DNA from: Patescibacteria group bacterium
GTDB lineage: Bacteria > Patescibacteriota > Minisyncoccia > Phycocordibacterales > Phycocordibacteraceae
Direction: 5' to 3'
NCBI GenBank assembly: GCA_029260935.1
Contig: JAJDCJ010000012.1
Coordinates: forward strand, 33,315 to 97,314
Length of the DNA: 64,000 bases
This document shows positions 39,737 to 49,352 of this stretch, piece after piece; the stretch's first letter is position 1; each line of letters begins with the position of its first letter. The notes beneath the pieces are model-generated. The model was not told the DNA's origin and made no database searches. It was given only the letters and a program-made list of their open reading frames with translations. The position numbers and the translations under genes were made by a program.

Positions 39737-40353
39737 AGATCCACTTCATTGGTGACTTCACTCTGCACACCAGCGTTGGTGCGATAGCGAATACTATTTT
39801 CAGTAACTATCCCCGTAAAACTGAATACTACATTTCCAGATTCATTAATATTTAAATTATCAAAAATTGGTTCGCTGAAAAAGTCGCTGTCGCCAAATGC
39901 GTCTGACTGAAGCGCGAGTGCATTAAAGCTGAGTGCCTCGCCACTCATTGCAACCACAAGAACCCCTGGTGCTGACTCTGAAATAGAGAAGTTTTCAAAC
40001 CTCACAGAGTCAAGAGTTATTTTTTCTATTTCCGAGAAGAGTTGCGACTGGGAAACATGAATACCGAGAAGCGACTCAGCTGCAACAAGGCGCGTGTTAA
40101 GACGAGATAATTCCTTGATGGTTGCCGGTTCAAATGCAGCACGTGCACGGTCAAGCGAGACACGTTTTCTCTCAATGTTTTGGATAGTAAATTTTTCAAA
40201 CAAAAAGAGACCTCCTGCACCAACTATTGCCAATAGCAAAATGAGGCTTGCAATGACATTTACAATACCAATAGATCCTTTTGATACGGCTGTATGACGC
40301 TCAACTTTAAGCGACTGCTTAGGTATAAATGATGTTTTTACTCTGTCCGGCAT
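39733..40353 (-). CDS. PilN-like protein
   Basis: TSFIPK N-terminus and single TM; lies between pilM and pilO. Confidence 0.7.
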   Translation of the reverse strand: MPDRVKTSFIPKQSLKVERHTAVSKGSIGIVNVIASLILLLAIVGAGGLFLFEKFTIQNIERKRVSLDRARAAFEPATIKELSRLNTRLVAAESLLGIHVSQSQLFSEIEKITLDSVRFENFSISESAPGVLVVAMSGEALSFNALALQSDAFGDSDFFSEPIFDNLNINESGNVVFSFTGIVTENSIRYRTNAGVQSEVTNEVDL

Positions 40354-40454
40354 GTGTATAAAAAGTGTACCTTACCCGAAGCGTTTGTATAGTGCTTTTG
40401 CAAGACCGCTGTGTATTTTGCAAAAAATACACACAACACACTCATTCTGCATTT

Positions 40455-41561
40455 TTATTTGAGCGCACGGAGTGCCAAACCAATTGCCGTTGAAAAAGAA
40501 GGACCAGCCGATTGCAATACGTCGTCAATAAACGCAGGTGTGTGCACTCGCCCAAACGCAGAACTGAATATAATTGGCGCGTCAAAATATTGACCTGCAA
40601 TATTTTCTAGCCCCGTAAGCTGTGCCCCACCACCGACAAGCACTACTTTTGAAATAATCTTTCCTTCTTGTCTTTGGTAGGTGAGGAAAATACGCCGTGC
40701 CTCGGAAAAAATATAATCAAGCGCTGATTTTCCTACCTCGGTATTTTCTAGTCCCTCTGTTCGTTTTAGTTTCTCGGCTTCGGTAAACGTAAGCCCCTGT
40801 GAGCGAGAAATAGCATGGGTGATTTCTTGCCCTCCACGGTTTATGGTGTGCGACACATCAATGATTCCGAATTCAATAACATACACACGGGTACCTGAGG
40901 CACCTAAATCAATCACCATGACTGGCGCCGTGTCATGTTCATAGGCGGCACGGCTCATACTGAATGGTTCAATTTCATAGAAACGTGGAGTTACCGATGC
41001 GGTATTTACTATCGTATTCAATCTATTCAGCGTGGCATTATGGATTGCAACAAGAAGAACATCAGTTGAGTTTGGTTTTTTTGTTCTGCCGGCGGCACTG
41101 AGAAATTCTGATTCCGATTCAGGAATGACAAACCAATCCAGAGTGACTTCTCCAACAGGAACAGGAATATATTTTCGTGCCTCAATAGGTATCATGGCAG
41201 CTAAGTCGTTTTCATCTTTTGTGGGGAGTGTGATCAAATTGATAAGACTTGCCGAGAGTGACACTGCAATTCCCCCAACACGGCTCGTCACGTTTGCCTC
41301 GCGCATCAGGTCGCCGAGCGCTTCGGCAACTTTTTCAGGAGGTGGGTTTACTGCCTGCCCCACCTCAGCATCGCCATAAGGACCCAGGGCAATTTCCCCA
41401 TACGTTTCCAAAACTGCGGCACCTTTTTTTTCAGCAAGTTGTACGATTTTTATTGACGACGTACCGATATCAATGCCCACCACGCTTTCACCGTCCCTTT
41501 TTTGAAAAGAGTCAATAAGAGTACTGAACGTTTTTGAAAAATCCTTCAGGGAAAATGCCAT
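40455..41561 (-). CDS. pilM: type IV pilus assembly protein PilM
   Basis: VGIDIGTSSIK, IDLGAS, LVGGGA and AIGLALR motifs. Confidence 0.92.
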   Translation of the reverse strand: MAFSLKDFSKTFSTLIDSFQKRDGESVVGIDIGTSSIKIVQLAEKKGAAVLETYGEIALGPYGDAEVGQAVNPPPEKVAEALGDLMREANVTSRVGGIAVSLSASLINLITLPTKDENDLAAMIPIEARKYIPVPVGEVTLDWFVIPESESEFLSAAGRTKKPNSTDVLLVAIHNATLNRLNTIVNTASVTPRFYEIEPFSMSRAAYEHDTAPVMVIDLGASGTRVYVIEFGIIDVSHTINRGGQEITHAISRSQGLTFTEAEKLKRTEGLENTEVGKSALDYIFSEARRIFLTYQRQEGKIISKVVLVGGGAQLTGLENIAGQYFDAPIIFSSAFGRVHTPAFIDDVLQSAGPSFSTAIGLALRALK

Positions 41562-41589
41562 ATTCGTACTAGAATAATAGCAGAGTATT

Positions 41590-42234
41590 ATGGCACACGA
41601 CCTTTTTAAGAGAATACTGGATATACTGTTTCCTCCTCACCCGGATAGCCAAAGTGTGGCGACACTTTCCTTGGAAGAGCTTTTTTCTGTAGTATCTCTC
41701 AACTATAGGACCCCGTTCAAGACCTATACCGTGCTTCCTTATAAAGATATACGTGTCCGCGCGCTTATGCGCGCCAATAAATACCATCACGACACCTATG
41801 CGGCGTCGCTTTTAGGAGCGGTGCTTGCCGAAGCACTTATTGATATTTCAGAAGAGTACGCGCTTGATTCCGGATGGAAACACCCTCTTTTGGTACCCAC
41901 ACCAACCAGCCCGAGCCGTGTGCGAGAACGTGGCTACCATCAGGTAAAGCAGATTATAGAGCGCCTTCCCTCTCACCTGTACAGCGCATATACGTATGCC
42001 GATGTATTGGCGCGTAAAAATAGAGAAAGCCAGGCGCGCATTGGGAACAATGACCGCATACAAAACATCGCTGGTGCGTTTTACGTACCGGAAAAACACC
42101 AAAAAGACGTTCTTGGAAAAAGGATTCTGCTCGTTGACGACGTTATTGAAAGTGGCGCTACCATGGGCGATATGCACCGTGCACTCTATGAAGCTGGCGC
42201 CGAATCAGTAATCGGAATAGCCCTGGCAACGTAG
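41590..42234 (+). CDS. comF: ComF family phosphoribosyltransferase
   Basis: LDILFP, RERGYHQ and LLVDDVIESGAT motifs. Confidence 0.85.
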   Translation: MAHDLFKRILDILFPPHPDSQSVATLSLEELFSVVSLNYRTPFKTYTVLPYKDIRVRALMRANKYHHDTYAASLLGAVLAEALIDISEEYALDSGWKHPLLVPTPTSPSRVRERGYHQVKQIIERLPSHLYSAYTYADVLARKNRESQARIGNNDRIQNIAGAFYVPEKHQKDVLGKRILLVDDVIESGATMGDMHRALYEAGAESVIGIALAT

Positions 42235-42236
42235 TG

Positions 42237-42545
42237 TTATTCCTTGATGCGCGTAACTTTAGAAATCGCATCCACGGGAATTCTTTGTTCGGTATTAAGA
42301 TTTACATAAGTTCTCCAACTGCACCCTTCGCACTCCGTCTGACGATAGACACTGACGATTTTTCCTTTAAATATTTGTTTCGGAATCGTGTCGGTTGGAC
42401 TATCAGGAAGTACTATACGTACCTTTTCATGGATTTTGTACGTTGAGAAGCCCTTTTTAAAGGAATCCAATTGAATAGTTTTAGGATATGTTTCTTGAGA
42501 ACCTGCATCTCCCTCAAACTTTTGTGAAATATCTTCTCCAGCCAT
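42237..42545 (-). CDS. hypothetical protein
   Basis: 102 aa ORF with ATG start. Confidence 0.5.
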   Translation of the reverse strand: MAGEDISQKFEGDAGSQETYPKTIQLDSFKKGFSTYKIHEKVRIVLPDSPTDTIPKQIFKGKIVSVYRQTECEGCSWRTYVNLNTEQRIPVDAISKVTRIKE

Positions 42546-42628
42546 AATATTTTTGATTAGTTATTACCTGGTTTCAAAGTAGTCTTTCTATTTTGGTCTG
42601 TCAACCGTTTCAGGTAAAAGTGAAAATT

Positions 42629-43446
42629 GGCGGGCTACCTCGGGCTGGAACTGTGGTCGGCTAAGCCCAGTAAGGTTATTTTTAACTATTTCAGTTTATC
42701 AACATTAAGGTCCTCAAGCTCTTTTGTATTATTTGTCTAAATTTGAAAGTTTTTTTAACTTAATACCAGCACTTGACGTTGTGATTTTTTCAATCTTTTG
42801 TAAAAGGATCTTAATTCTATCGACAGTAACCTTTGGAGAGTAGGGGGTATTATACAGATCCATACCATTTCCATACTCAGTTAACCTATCTTTTACATAC
42901 TTATTAGGGTCGGCATTCTCAAACGAACCAGTCACAAATTTTGCTATTGTTTGTACTGTAGTTCTTGCTCGCTCTTCTGTTGTGATCCAAAAATAATTAG
43001 CATTTCTTCTCGCAAAATTCTCTATTAATTCTCCATGATCATAAAAAGAGTTGATGAGCTTTAGTTCATCTTGATCAAAATCGCTTATAAATAAATGTGC
43101 GTATTTTTTCCAATTACCTGACTTAATAACTGATGTTGGTAAGTCGCTCAGATTTCCACTAGAAATTTTGTCGTCGATAATCGCAATTTGTTCTTCAGCG
43201 GTCCTAATTTCTGTGAGCAGAACTCTTGCCGCTTGTATTTTGTTACTCTTCTTTTGCGAGAAATAAGTAAGAATAGCAACACTCCCTGTCAAAATGGTGG
43301 CGAATCCAGCAAATCCATTTGAATTAAGAATTGAAATTAAAATTTCCATATTTTTATACTATCGCAATTAATAAATTTGTATAGCGAACTGCCTACAAAC
43401 TGCCTCGAGCGCACGAGGAATATAGCTTCTTCGTGCTAGCTCTAAA
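42629..43446 (-). mobile_element. putative tRNA-Ser-anchored cargo cassette with conserved ends
   Basis: Ends homologous to those of 13761-15777; single AT-rich gene. Confidence 0.6.
42729..43349 (-). CDS. hypothetical protein with N-terminal TM segment (cassette cargo)
   Basis: 206 aa AT-rich ORF. Confidence 0.7.
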   Translation of the reverse strand: MEILISILNSNGFAGFATILTGSVAILTYFSQKKSNKIQAARVLLTEIRTAEEQIAIIDDKISSGNLSDLPTSVIKSGNWKKYAHLFISDFDQDELKLINSFYDHGELIENFARRNANYFWITTEERARTTVQTIAKFVTGSFENADPNKYVKDRLTEYGNGMDLYNTPYSPKVTVDRIKILLQKIEKITTSSAGIKLKKLSNLDK

Positions 43447-43641
43447 CGGCGGAGACGCAGGGATTCGGTCACCTTTACTAAGTATTTTACTCCTCTCGTT
43501 CGTAAAACACTAAGTGACGCGACCCCGTCGGCTACTACTGCGTATTCTCGCAGGCTTCGCAGTAGCCTCTTTTCGAATCCCTCATCGTCCGTAGAATGTA
43601 CAAGCCAAAATGCTATTCGCATCAGGGCTTACCATTTTATG
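43447..43641 (-). repeat. 192-nt structured unit ending in a copy of the tRNA-Ser 3' end
   Basis: gcggagacg(c/g)agggattcg at 43449 and 43641. Confidence 0.85.
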
Positions 43642-43728
43642 CGGAGACGGAGGGATTCGAACCCTCGAGGGGTATTACCCCCTGGCACATTAGCAGCGTG
43701 CTGGTTTCAACCACTCACCCACGTCTCC
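43642..43728 (-). tRNA. tRNA-Ser(GCT)
   Basis: 87 nt, gcacg-ctGCTaa-tgtgc, long variable arm. Confidence 0.95.
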
Positions 43729-43895
43729 AATCAGTTCACTAGTTTTACATCGTTACGGATGAGAGACGAAGGACCACTCACCCACGTCTCCTCAACAAGT
43801 AGTATAGTGCCTTATTGTGTGTATCTTTTCAAATTCTTTGAGAAAAAGGTATCTAACACCATTTAATCCCTAAATATTAAGATATACAAGGACCT

Positions 43896-44075
43896 TTATT
43901 TCTCCCAGTCCTCAATAATCAGTTTCTTCCCTGACTTCCGTATGACAAGTTTCTGATGTTCTTGCCACCTCAGTGCCCGCACATACTCAATAGGGAGCGT
44001 AACGCCATAGCTGGTACCTCCTGCCATTTTGCTGAGTTTGCGAATGTTATGATCTTCAATTCTATTTCTAGACAT
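43896..44075 (-). CDS. AbrB/MazE-like small DNA-binding protein (below ORF-track cutoff)
   Basis: Hand translation MSRNRIEDHNIRKLSKMAGGTSYGVTLPIEYVRALRWQEHQKLVIRKSGKKLIIEDWEK, 59 aa. Confidence 0.7.
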   Translation of the reverse strand: MSRNRIEDHNIRKLSKMAGGTSYGVTLPIEYVRALRWQEHQKLVIRKSGKKLIIEDWEK

Positions 44076-44162
44076 AACGGTATAGTAGCACAGTACCTAC
44101 GTATATAAATACGTATTTATATACGTAGGTGTTGTAAGAAACAAAAACCCTTTCACACACTA

Positions 44163-44197
44163 GTTGAAATATGGACACGGCGTGTCCATATTTCAAC
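44163..44197. repeat. REP-like palindrome
   Basis: gttgaaatatggacac-ggc-gtgtccatatttcaac. Confidence 0.8.
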
Positions 44198-44281
44198 ATA
44201 AGTGAACCGTGCGTGTGTATTGTGTGAATATAATCTTGTGTAGAATAAACGCCGTTCACTCGTCTGCTACTATGGAAAGAT

Positions 44282-45628
44282 ATGTCTTCTATTCCAAAAG
44301 CAAAAAACCCCACCACTTTTATTGTGTTCGGCGCAACGGGTGACCTTTTTTCGCGAAAAATTATCCCCTCGCTCTATTTTCTGTACTGTTCAAAAAAATT
44401 ACCTGATGTATTCCTTGTTGTTGGGTTTGCCCGAAAAAAACACTCAACTGAAAGTTACCGCGCTTTTGTTTTTGAAAACCTAAAGAACGTTGCACCAACC
44501 ATTTCTGAAAAAGAAGCTACGCCATTTTTAGAACTTTTTGAATATCAGCAAGGCGACTTTGATGACCAAGATACCTTTACTGCACTGGGTGACACACTTC
44601 GCGCGCGCGACGCAACCTGTGGATGCGAGACTATTAAAAGTTTTTACTTAGCAGTACCACCCGCGCTCGTACCCGCGCTCGTCTCATGCATTTCAAAAGC
44701 AATACCGAGAGACGAAAGCCCTCGCCGACTTATCGTTGAAAAACCGTTTGGCAGTGATGAGTCAAGCGCGCGCGAACTTAACGAGCATATACACGCGTAC
44801 TTTAAAGAGGAAGAAGTCTATCGCGTAGACCACTACCTCACCAAGCCTGCGCTTGATACGCTTCTGAATGCCCGCACACAGCACGATGTATATGAGGCAC
44901 TGATAGCGAAAGAAACCATACGAGGCATTGAAGTCACGTTGTTTGAAACACTCGGCGTTGAAAAACGTGGTGCCTTCTACGACAGTGTGGGCACCTTAAA
45001 GGACGTCGGGCAGAACCACCTTCTTGAAATGCTCGCGCTTGCCATTATGAATATACCGGAGCCAACGCCAGCACAAATCTGCCGTGCACGCGCTGAGTTT
45101 ATCGGCGCACTTCCACAACTGAGCCCTGCACACATTACAAAACACACTATTCGTGCGCAGTACGAAGGATACCGAGACATTAAAGGGGTTACACCAACCT
45201 CCCACACAGAAACATATTTCCGCGTGCCGTTTACCTTAACTACAGGAAAACATAAAGACGTTGCAGTGGTCATTCAGTCAGGAAAAAGAATGCATATGGT
45301 ACAGAAAGATATTGTTATTTACTTTAACTGCGACCACACCGACTCGCTCCATATTGAACTTGAGCCAAATCCACGCATCTATACCAAAAAAGGAGAGACT
45401 CTCACTGAAATTGCAAAATATGAAGACCCGGAGCCAACAATTCAGTATGCAAACGAATATGCCTCACTGTTTGCGCACGCATGGGACGGCAATCCAACGC
45501 ACTTCCCTACCGCAAAAGAAGTGGAGCACGCCTGGCGGTTTATTGATCCGGTTATTGCCACATGGAAAGGGGGCACCCCCGAGTTAAAAACATACACACC
45601 TGACGTGGTGGTACCATGGAGTATATGA
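44282..45628 (+). CDS. zwf: glucose-6-phosphate dehydrogenase
   Basis: FGATGDL, VEKPFG, YRVDHYL and DVGQNHL motifs. Confidence 0.92.
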   Translation: MSSIPKAKNPTTFIVFGATGDLFSRKIIPSLYFLYCSKKLPDVFLVVGFARKKHSTESYRAFVFENLKNVAPTISEKEATPFLELFEYQQGDFDDQDTFTALGDTLRARDATCGCETIKSFYLAVPPALVPALVSCISKAIPRDESPRRLIVEKPFGSDESSARELNEHIHAYFKEEEVYRVDHYLTKPALDTLLNARTQHDVYEALIAKETIRGIEVTLFETLGVEKRGAFYDSVGTLKDVGQNHLLEMLALAIMNIPEPTPAQICRARAEFIGALPQLSPAHITKHTIRAQYEGYRDIKGVTPTSHTETYFRVPFTLTTGKHKDVAVVIQSGKRMHMVQKDIVIYFNCDHTDSLHIELEPNPRIYTKKGETLTEIAKYEDPEPTIQYANEYASLFAHAWDGNPTHFPTAKEVEHAWRFIDPVIATWKGGTPELKTYTPDVVVPWSI

Positions 45629-46533
45629 ACAAAGAGATTGCAGTAATCGGATTAGGGAAAATGGGTATGGGTATTGCACTTTCCGCGCGCGAACACGGCT
45701 GGCGTGTCGTTGGGTACGATATTGGAGAGGAAGCACGCACGCAATTTGAAAAAGAAGGCGGTGAAGTAGCGTCTTCCATTGATGACCTGCTGAATACAGT
45801 CACGGCACCAAGAGTGGTGTGGGCTATGTTGCCGTCGGGTGACATTAGTGAAAATCTTTTTCTCACAGGCGAAGGTCTTTTTTCTAAACTTTCAGAAGGC
45901 GACACTATAATTGACGCGGCAAACGCATTTTATGAAGATACAACTCGTAGAAATACCATTGCTCAAGAAAAAGGTATCCATTTTATAGACGTAGGGTACT
46001 CAGGTGGTCCCAGTGGGGCGCGAAATGGTGGCAGTATTATGGTGGGCGGTGAAAAAGAGCATGTGAACGCTCTTGCCCCTCTTTTTGATGCGCTCTCAGC
46101 AAAAGATGCATGGATACACACAGGGCCCAGTGGCTCGGGACACTTTGTAAAAATGGTACACAACGGCATTGAGTACGGCATGATGCAATCGCTCGCCGAA
46201 GGTTTTGCTGTGTTGAAAAAAGCACCGTTTCCACTTGATTTAAAAAACGTCGCGCATGTGTATAACCACAGTAGCGTTATTGAGTCACGCCTTGTCGGCT
46301 GGCTTCAGAGTGGTATTGAAAAACACGGCGCTGAACTAGAGGAAATTTCAGGAACAGTGGCGCACACTGGTGAAGGAAAGTGGACGGTAGACACCGCAAA
46401 AAAACTACAAGTACCCACGCCGTCAATTGAGCTTGCCTACAATTTTCGCGTAGACTCAGAAAAGAACCCTTCCTACACTGGCAAGATACTTTCAATGCTT
46501 CGCAACCAGTTTGGCGGGCACAGCGCACAATAA
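45625..46533 (+). CDS. gnd: 6-phosphogluconate dehydrogenase, short form
   Basis: GLGKMG, GHFVKMVHNGIEYG and LRNQFGGH motifs. Confidence 0.93.
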   Translation: MNKEIAVIGLGKMGMGIALSAREHGWRVVGYDIGEEARTQFEKEGGEVASSIDDLLNTVTAPRVVWAMLPSGDISENLFLTGEGLFSKLSEGDTIIDAANAFYEDTTRRNTIAQEKGIHFIDVGYSGGPSGARNGGSIMVGGEKEHVNALAPLFDALSAKDAWIHTGPSGSGHFVKMVHNGIEYGMMQSLAEGFAVLKKAPFPLDLKNVAHVYNHSSVIESRLVGWLQSGIEKHGAELEEISGTVAHTGEGKWTVDTAKKLQVPTPSIELAYNFRVDSEKNPSYTGKILSMLRNQFGGHSAQ

Positions 46534-46568
46534 CCACGCTTCCATTTTTCGGTATACTGAAGGGGTCT

Positions 46569-48713
46569 ATGGTACTTGACGACCTTTTGGGCACCCATAC
46601 CCGTCTTACAAAACACCACACCCCCGGGCTTGAAAAGCTCGGGATTACAACGGTGCGCGACCTCCTCTATCACCTGCCAAGCCGGTATGAATCTTCAGCT
46701 GATATTAGACAAGTTAAAAATGTTACCTCAGGAGAAACGGTAGTGCTGTATGGACAATTTTCAAAACTAGAAACAAAGCGTTCATTTAAAACGCGCGTGC
46801 CTATAGCGGAAGGAACATTCAGCGACGATACTGGCTCAGTAAAAGTAACGTGGTTTCATCAGCCATACCTTGCAAAAATGATTCCTACGGGACAGTTAGT
46901 GCGACTCCGCGGTAAAGTAACGGAACGCTCGGGAAGAAAATATATCGCAAACCCCACTGTTGAAAAAACAGACGGCATTCCTTTACTGGAGGGACGTGAC
47001 GGGCTCTTTCCGGTCTACCCCGAGTCGCTTGGACTTTCGTCCCTGTGGGTGTATCACACGGTGCAGAAGTTATTGCGCGACATTGACTGGGACACTGTTG
47101 TTGATCCTCTTCCTGAGGCAATCCGCAAAAAATACCATTTACCCGATATTAAATCAGCGCTCATCTTTGCACACGAGCCAAAAAAAGAAAAAGACGCTGA
47201 GGCCGCGCGCAAGCGTTTTGCGTTTGAAGAAGTGTTCCTTATCCAAATAGCACGCGCGCTTCAAAGAGAAGCACACACCCAGGAACACTCCTATGAGGTT
47301 TCGGTTGAACCTGACCTCATTCAAGAGTTTATTGACTCGTTCCCTTTTACACCGACTTTAGGACAAACAACATCTATTAATGAAATCCTTGAGGACTTTA
47401 AAAAACCGGCACCTATGTATCGCCTTCTTGAGGGCGATGTCGGCAGTGGAAAAACAGCAGTTGCTGCGGCAACCGCATACGCAGTTGCCACGAGCAGGCC
47501 AAAAAACTCAAACGGGGAAAAGCAGTCTTTCGGACGATTGCAGGTTGCCTACATGGTACCGACTGAAATACTTGCCAAACAACACTTTAAAACATTCACT
47601 GATTTTTTTATTGACCACCCATTGAACATTGGGTTGATTACCGGTAGCGGATGTTACAAGTTTCCCTCTAAAGTAAAACCAACAGAGGCAACACCGCTTT
47701 CACGTGCGCAGTTTTTAAAGCTGGTTAAAAACGGCGAGATACCTATTGTTATCGGCACTCATGCACTCATTCAAAAAACAATTGAATTTAAACACCTCGC
47801 CTACGCCATTATTGATGAACAACATCGCTTTGGAACAGTACAGAGAAAGAAAATTACTACGAAAAACGATACGCAACCACACCTGCTTTCAATGACCGCA
47901 ACCCCCATTCCCCGCACACTAGCGCTCACCCTGTATGGCGACCTGGATTTAACAGTACTTGAACACATGCCGCAAGGTAGAAAAGAAATACAAACCGAAA
48001 TAATAACTCCCGCACACCGCGCTCGCGCATATGAGCACATACGAGCCCTTATAAAAGAAGGTCGGCAAGCGTATGTTATTTGCCCCCGCATTGATGAACC
48101 GGACCCCACCAAACACATGGCGCTCCAGACACGTTCAGTTGCAAGTGAAGTAAAAAAATTGTGCACTGACGTGTTTCCTGAATACTCAATTGGAAAACTT
48201 CACAGCCGCATGACACCGAAGGAAAAAACAGAAGCTATGGAAGCTTTTGAAAAAGGAGAAACTGATATTTTGGTTTCAACAAGTGTGGTTGAAGTGGGGG
48301 TGAATGTGCCGAATGCAACGGTTATTATGATTGAAGGAGCAGAGCGTTTTGGGCTGGCACAACTTCATCAACTCCGCGGTCGGGTGATGCGTTCCAGTCA
48401 CCAGCCCTACTCATATTTAATGGTTGAATCAAATGCAAAAGCAGAATCAGCACGCCTCAAGGCAATTGTAAAAGCAAAAAACGGCTTTGAGTTAGCAGAG
48501 AAAGATTTAGAAATACGTGGCGCCGGCGAGCTGTACGGAGCGCGACAGTCCGGCCTCTCCGACATCGGCATGGAGGCGCTGAAAAACTTGAAACTGGTAG
48601 AAGCGGCGCGAAGCGAAGCCAGCCTCCTAGTAAAAAAAGACCCGACCCTTAAAAAACATCCAGTTCTTTTGGAACGGGCCCAAAAAACCGTGAAGGCGTT
48701 GCATTTTGAATAA
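46569..48713 (+). CDS. recG: ATP-dependent DNA helicase RecG
   Basis: GDVGSGKT, DEQHRFG, MTATPIPRT and QLHQLRGRV motifs. Confidence 0.96.
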   Translation: MVLDDLLGTHTRLTKHHTPGLEKLGITTVRDLLYHLPSRYESSADIRQVKNVTSGETVVLYGQFSKLETKRSFKTRVPIAEGTFSDDTGSVKVTWFHQPYLAKMIPTGQLVRLRGKVTERSGRKYIANPTVEKTDGIPLLEGRDGLFPVYPESLGLSSLWVYHTVQKLLRDIDWDTVVDPLPEAIRKKYHLPDIKSALIFAHEPKKEKDAEAARKRFAFEEVFLIQIARALQREAHTQEHSYEVSVEPDLIQEFIDSFPFTPTLGQTTSINEILEDFKKPAPMYRLLEGDVGSGKTAVAAATAYAVATSRPKNSNGEKQSFGRLQVAYMVPTEILAKQHFKTFTDFFIDHPLNIGLITGSGCYKFPSKVKPTEATPLSRAQFLKLVKNGEIPIVIGTHALIQKTIEFKHLAYAIIDEQHRFGTVQRKKITTKNDTQPHLLSMTATPIPRTLALTLYGDLDLTVLEHMPQGRKEIQTEIITPAHRARAYEHIRALIKEGRQAYVICPRIDEPDPTKHMALQTRSVASEVKKLCTDVFPEYSIGKLHSRMTPKEKTEAMEAFEKGETDILVSTSVVEVGVNVPNATVIMIEGAERFGLAQLHQLRGRVMRSSHQPYSYLMVESNAKAESARLKAIVKAKNGFELAEKDLEIRGAGELYGARQSGLSDIGMEALKNLKLVEAARSEASLLVKKDPTLKKHPVLLERAQKTVKALHFE

Positions 48714-48786
48714 ACGGCTCAACCTTGATTGAGCCGTTTATTCATACCAACTGACCCTTCTGCAAGATGGCAGTGTGTAGGCTTGT

Positions 48787-49260
48787 TTGTCGTCACAAGT
48801 AATTTTCCTGACGGAAAATTTTCGCGCGACCAATTTCTCTTATGAGTCAGACGAATTAGAGAAATGGAAGTACTCCTGTGGTGACCCCGGCTCGCCCGGC
48901 TCCGCCGGGCTGCGCCTCTCGGACATGTACGCGAAAACGCCAAGCAGTTGGCTTACGTGTCGTCACAGATAATCCTTCGTCGCCACTCAGGATTTCCGCG
49001 ACCCCGGCTCGTGGTTTTTCCTGCTGGAAAAACATCACTGCGCCTCGGACAAACGCACAAAAACCTGCCGCAGGGCAGGTCTTTGTGTACTTGTCGTCAC
49101 AAGTTGCTAAGTATTTTAGAGCGCTTCGCTTCTAGAATACTAAGCACTCGCGACCCCGGCTCGCCCGGCTCCGCCGGGCTGCGCCTCTCGAACCAGCGCC
49201 GTAAGCAAAGCAGTTTGCTTACTAATAAAAAACATCCCTCTATAACTGGGGATGTTTTTT
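48787..49260 (-). repeat. array of structured modules downstream of tRNA-Ile
   Basis: gaccccggctcg three times, tgtcgtcaca three times, and a 39-nt identical block at 48883 and 49152. Confidence 0.85.
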
Positions 49261-49267
49261 ATTACGC

Positions 49268-49345
49268 TGGTCCGCCCTCTTGGACTCGAACCAAGAAACC
49301 TTCTAGGTATAAGCTAGATGCTCTAACCAATTGAGCTAAGGGCGG
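49268..49345 (-). tRNA. tRNA-Ile(TAT)
   Basis: ccgccct/agggcgg acceptor, tctag-ctTATac-ctaga, A73 plus CCA. Confidence 0.9.
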
Positions 49346-49352
49346 ACTTAAA

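Noticed and set aside
48719-49334. Several short ORFs over the repeat array
   Set aside because: GC-rich palindromic repeats open on both strands with no protein-like features
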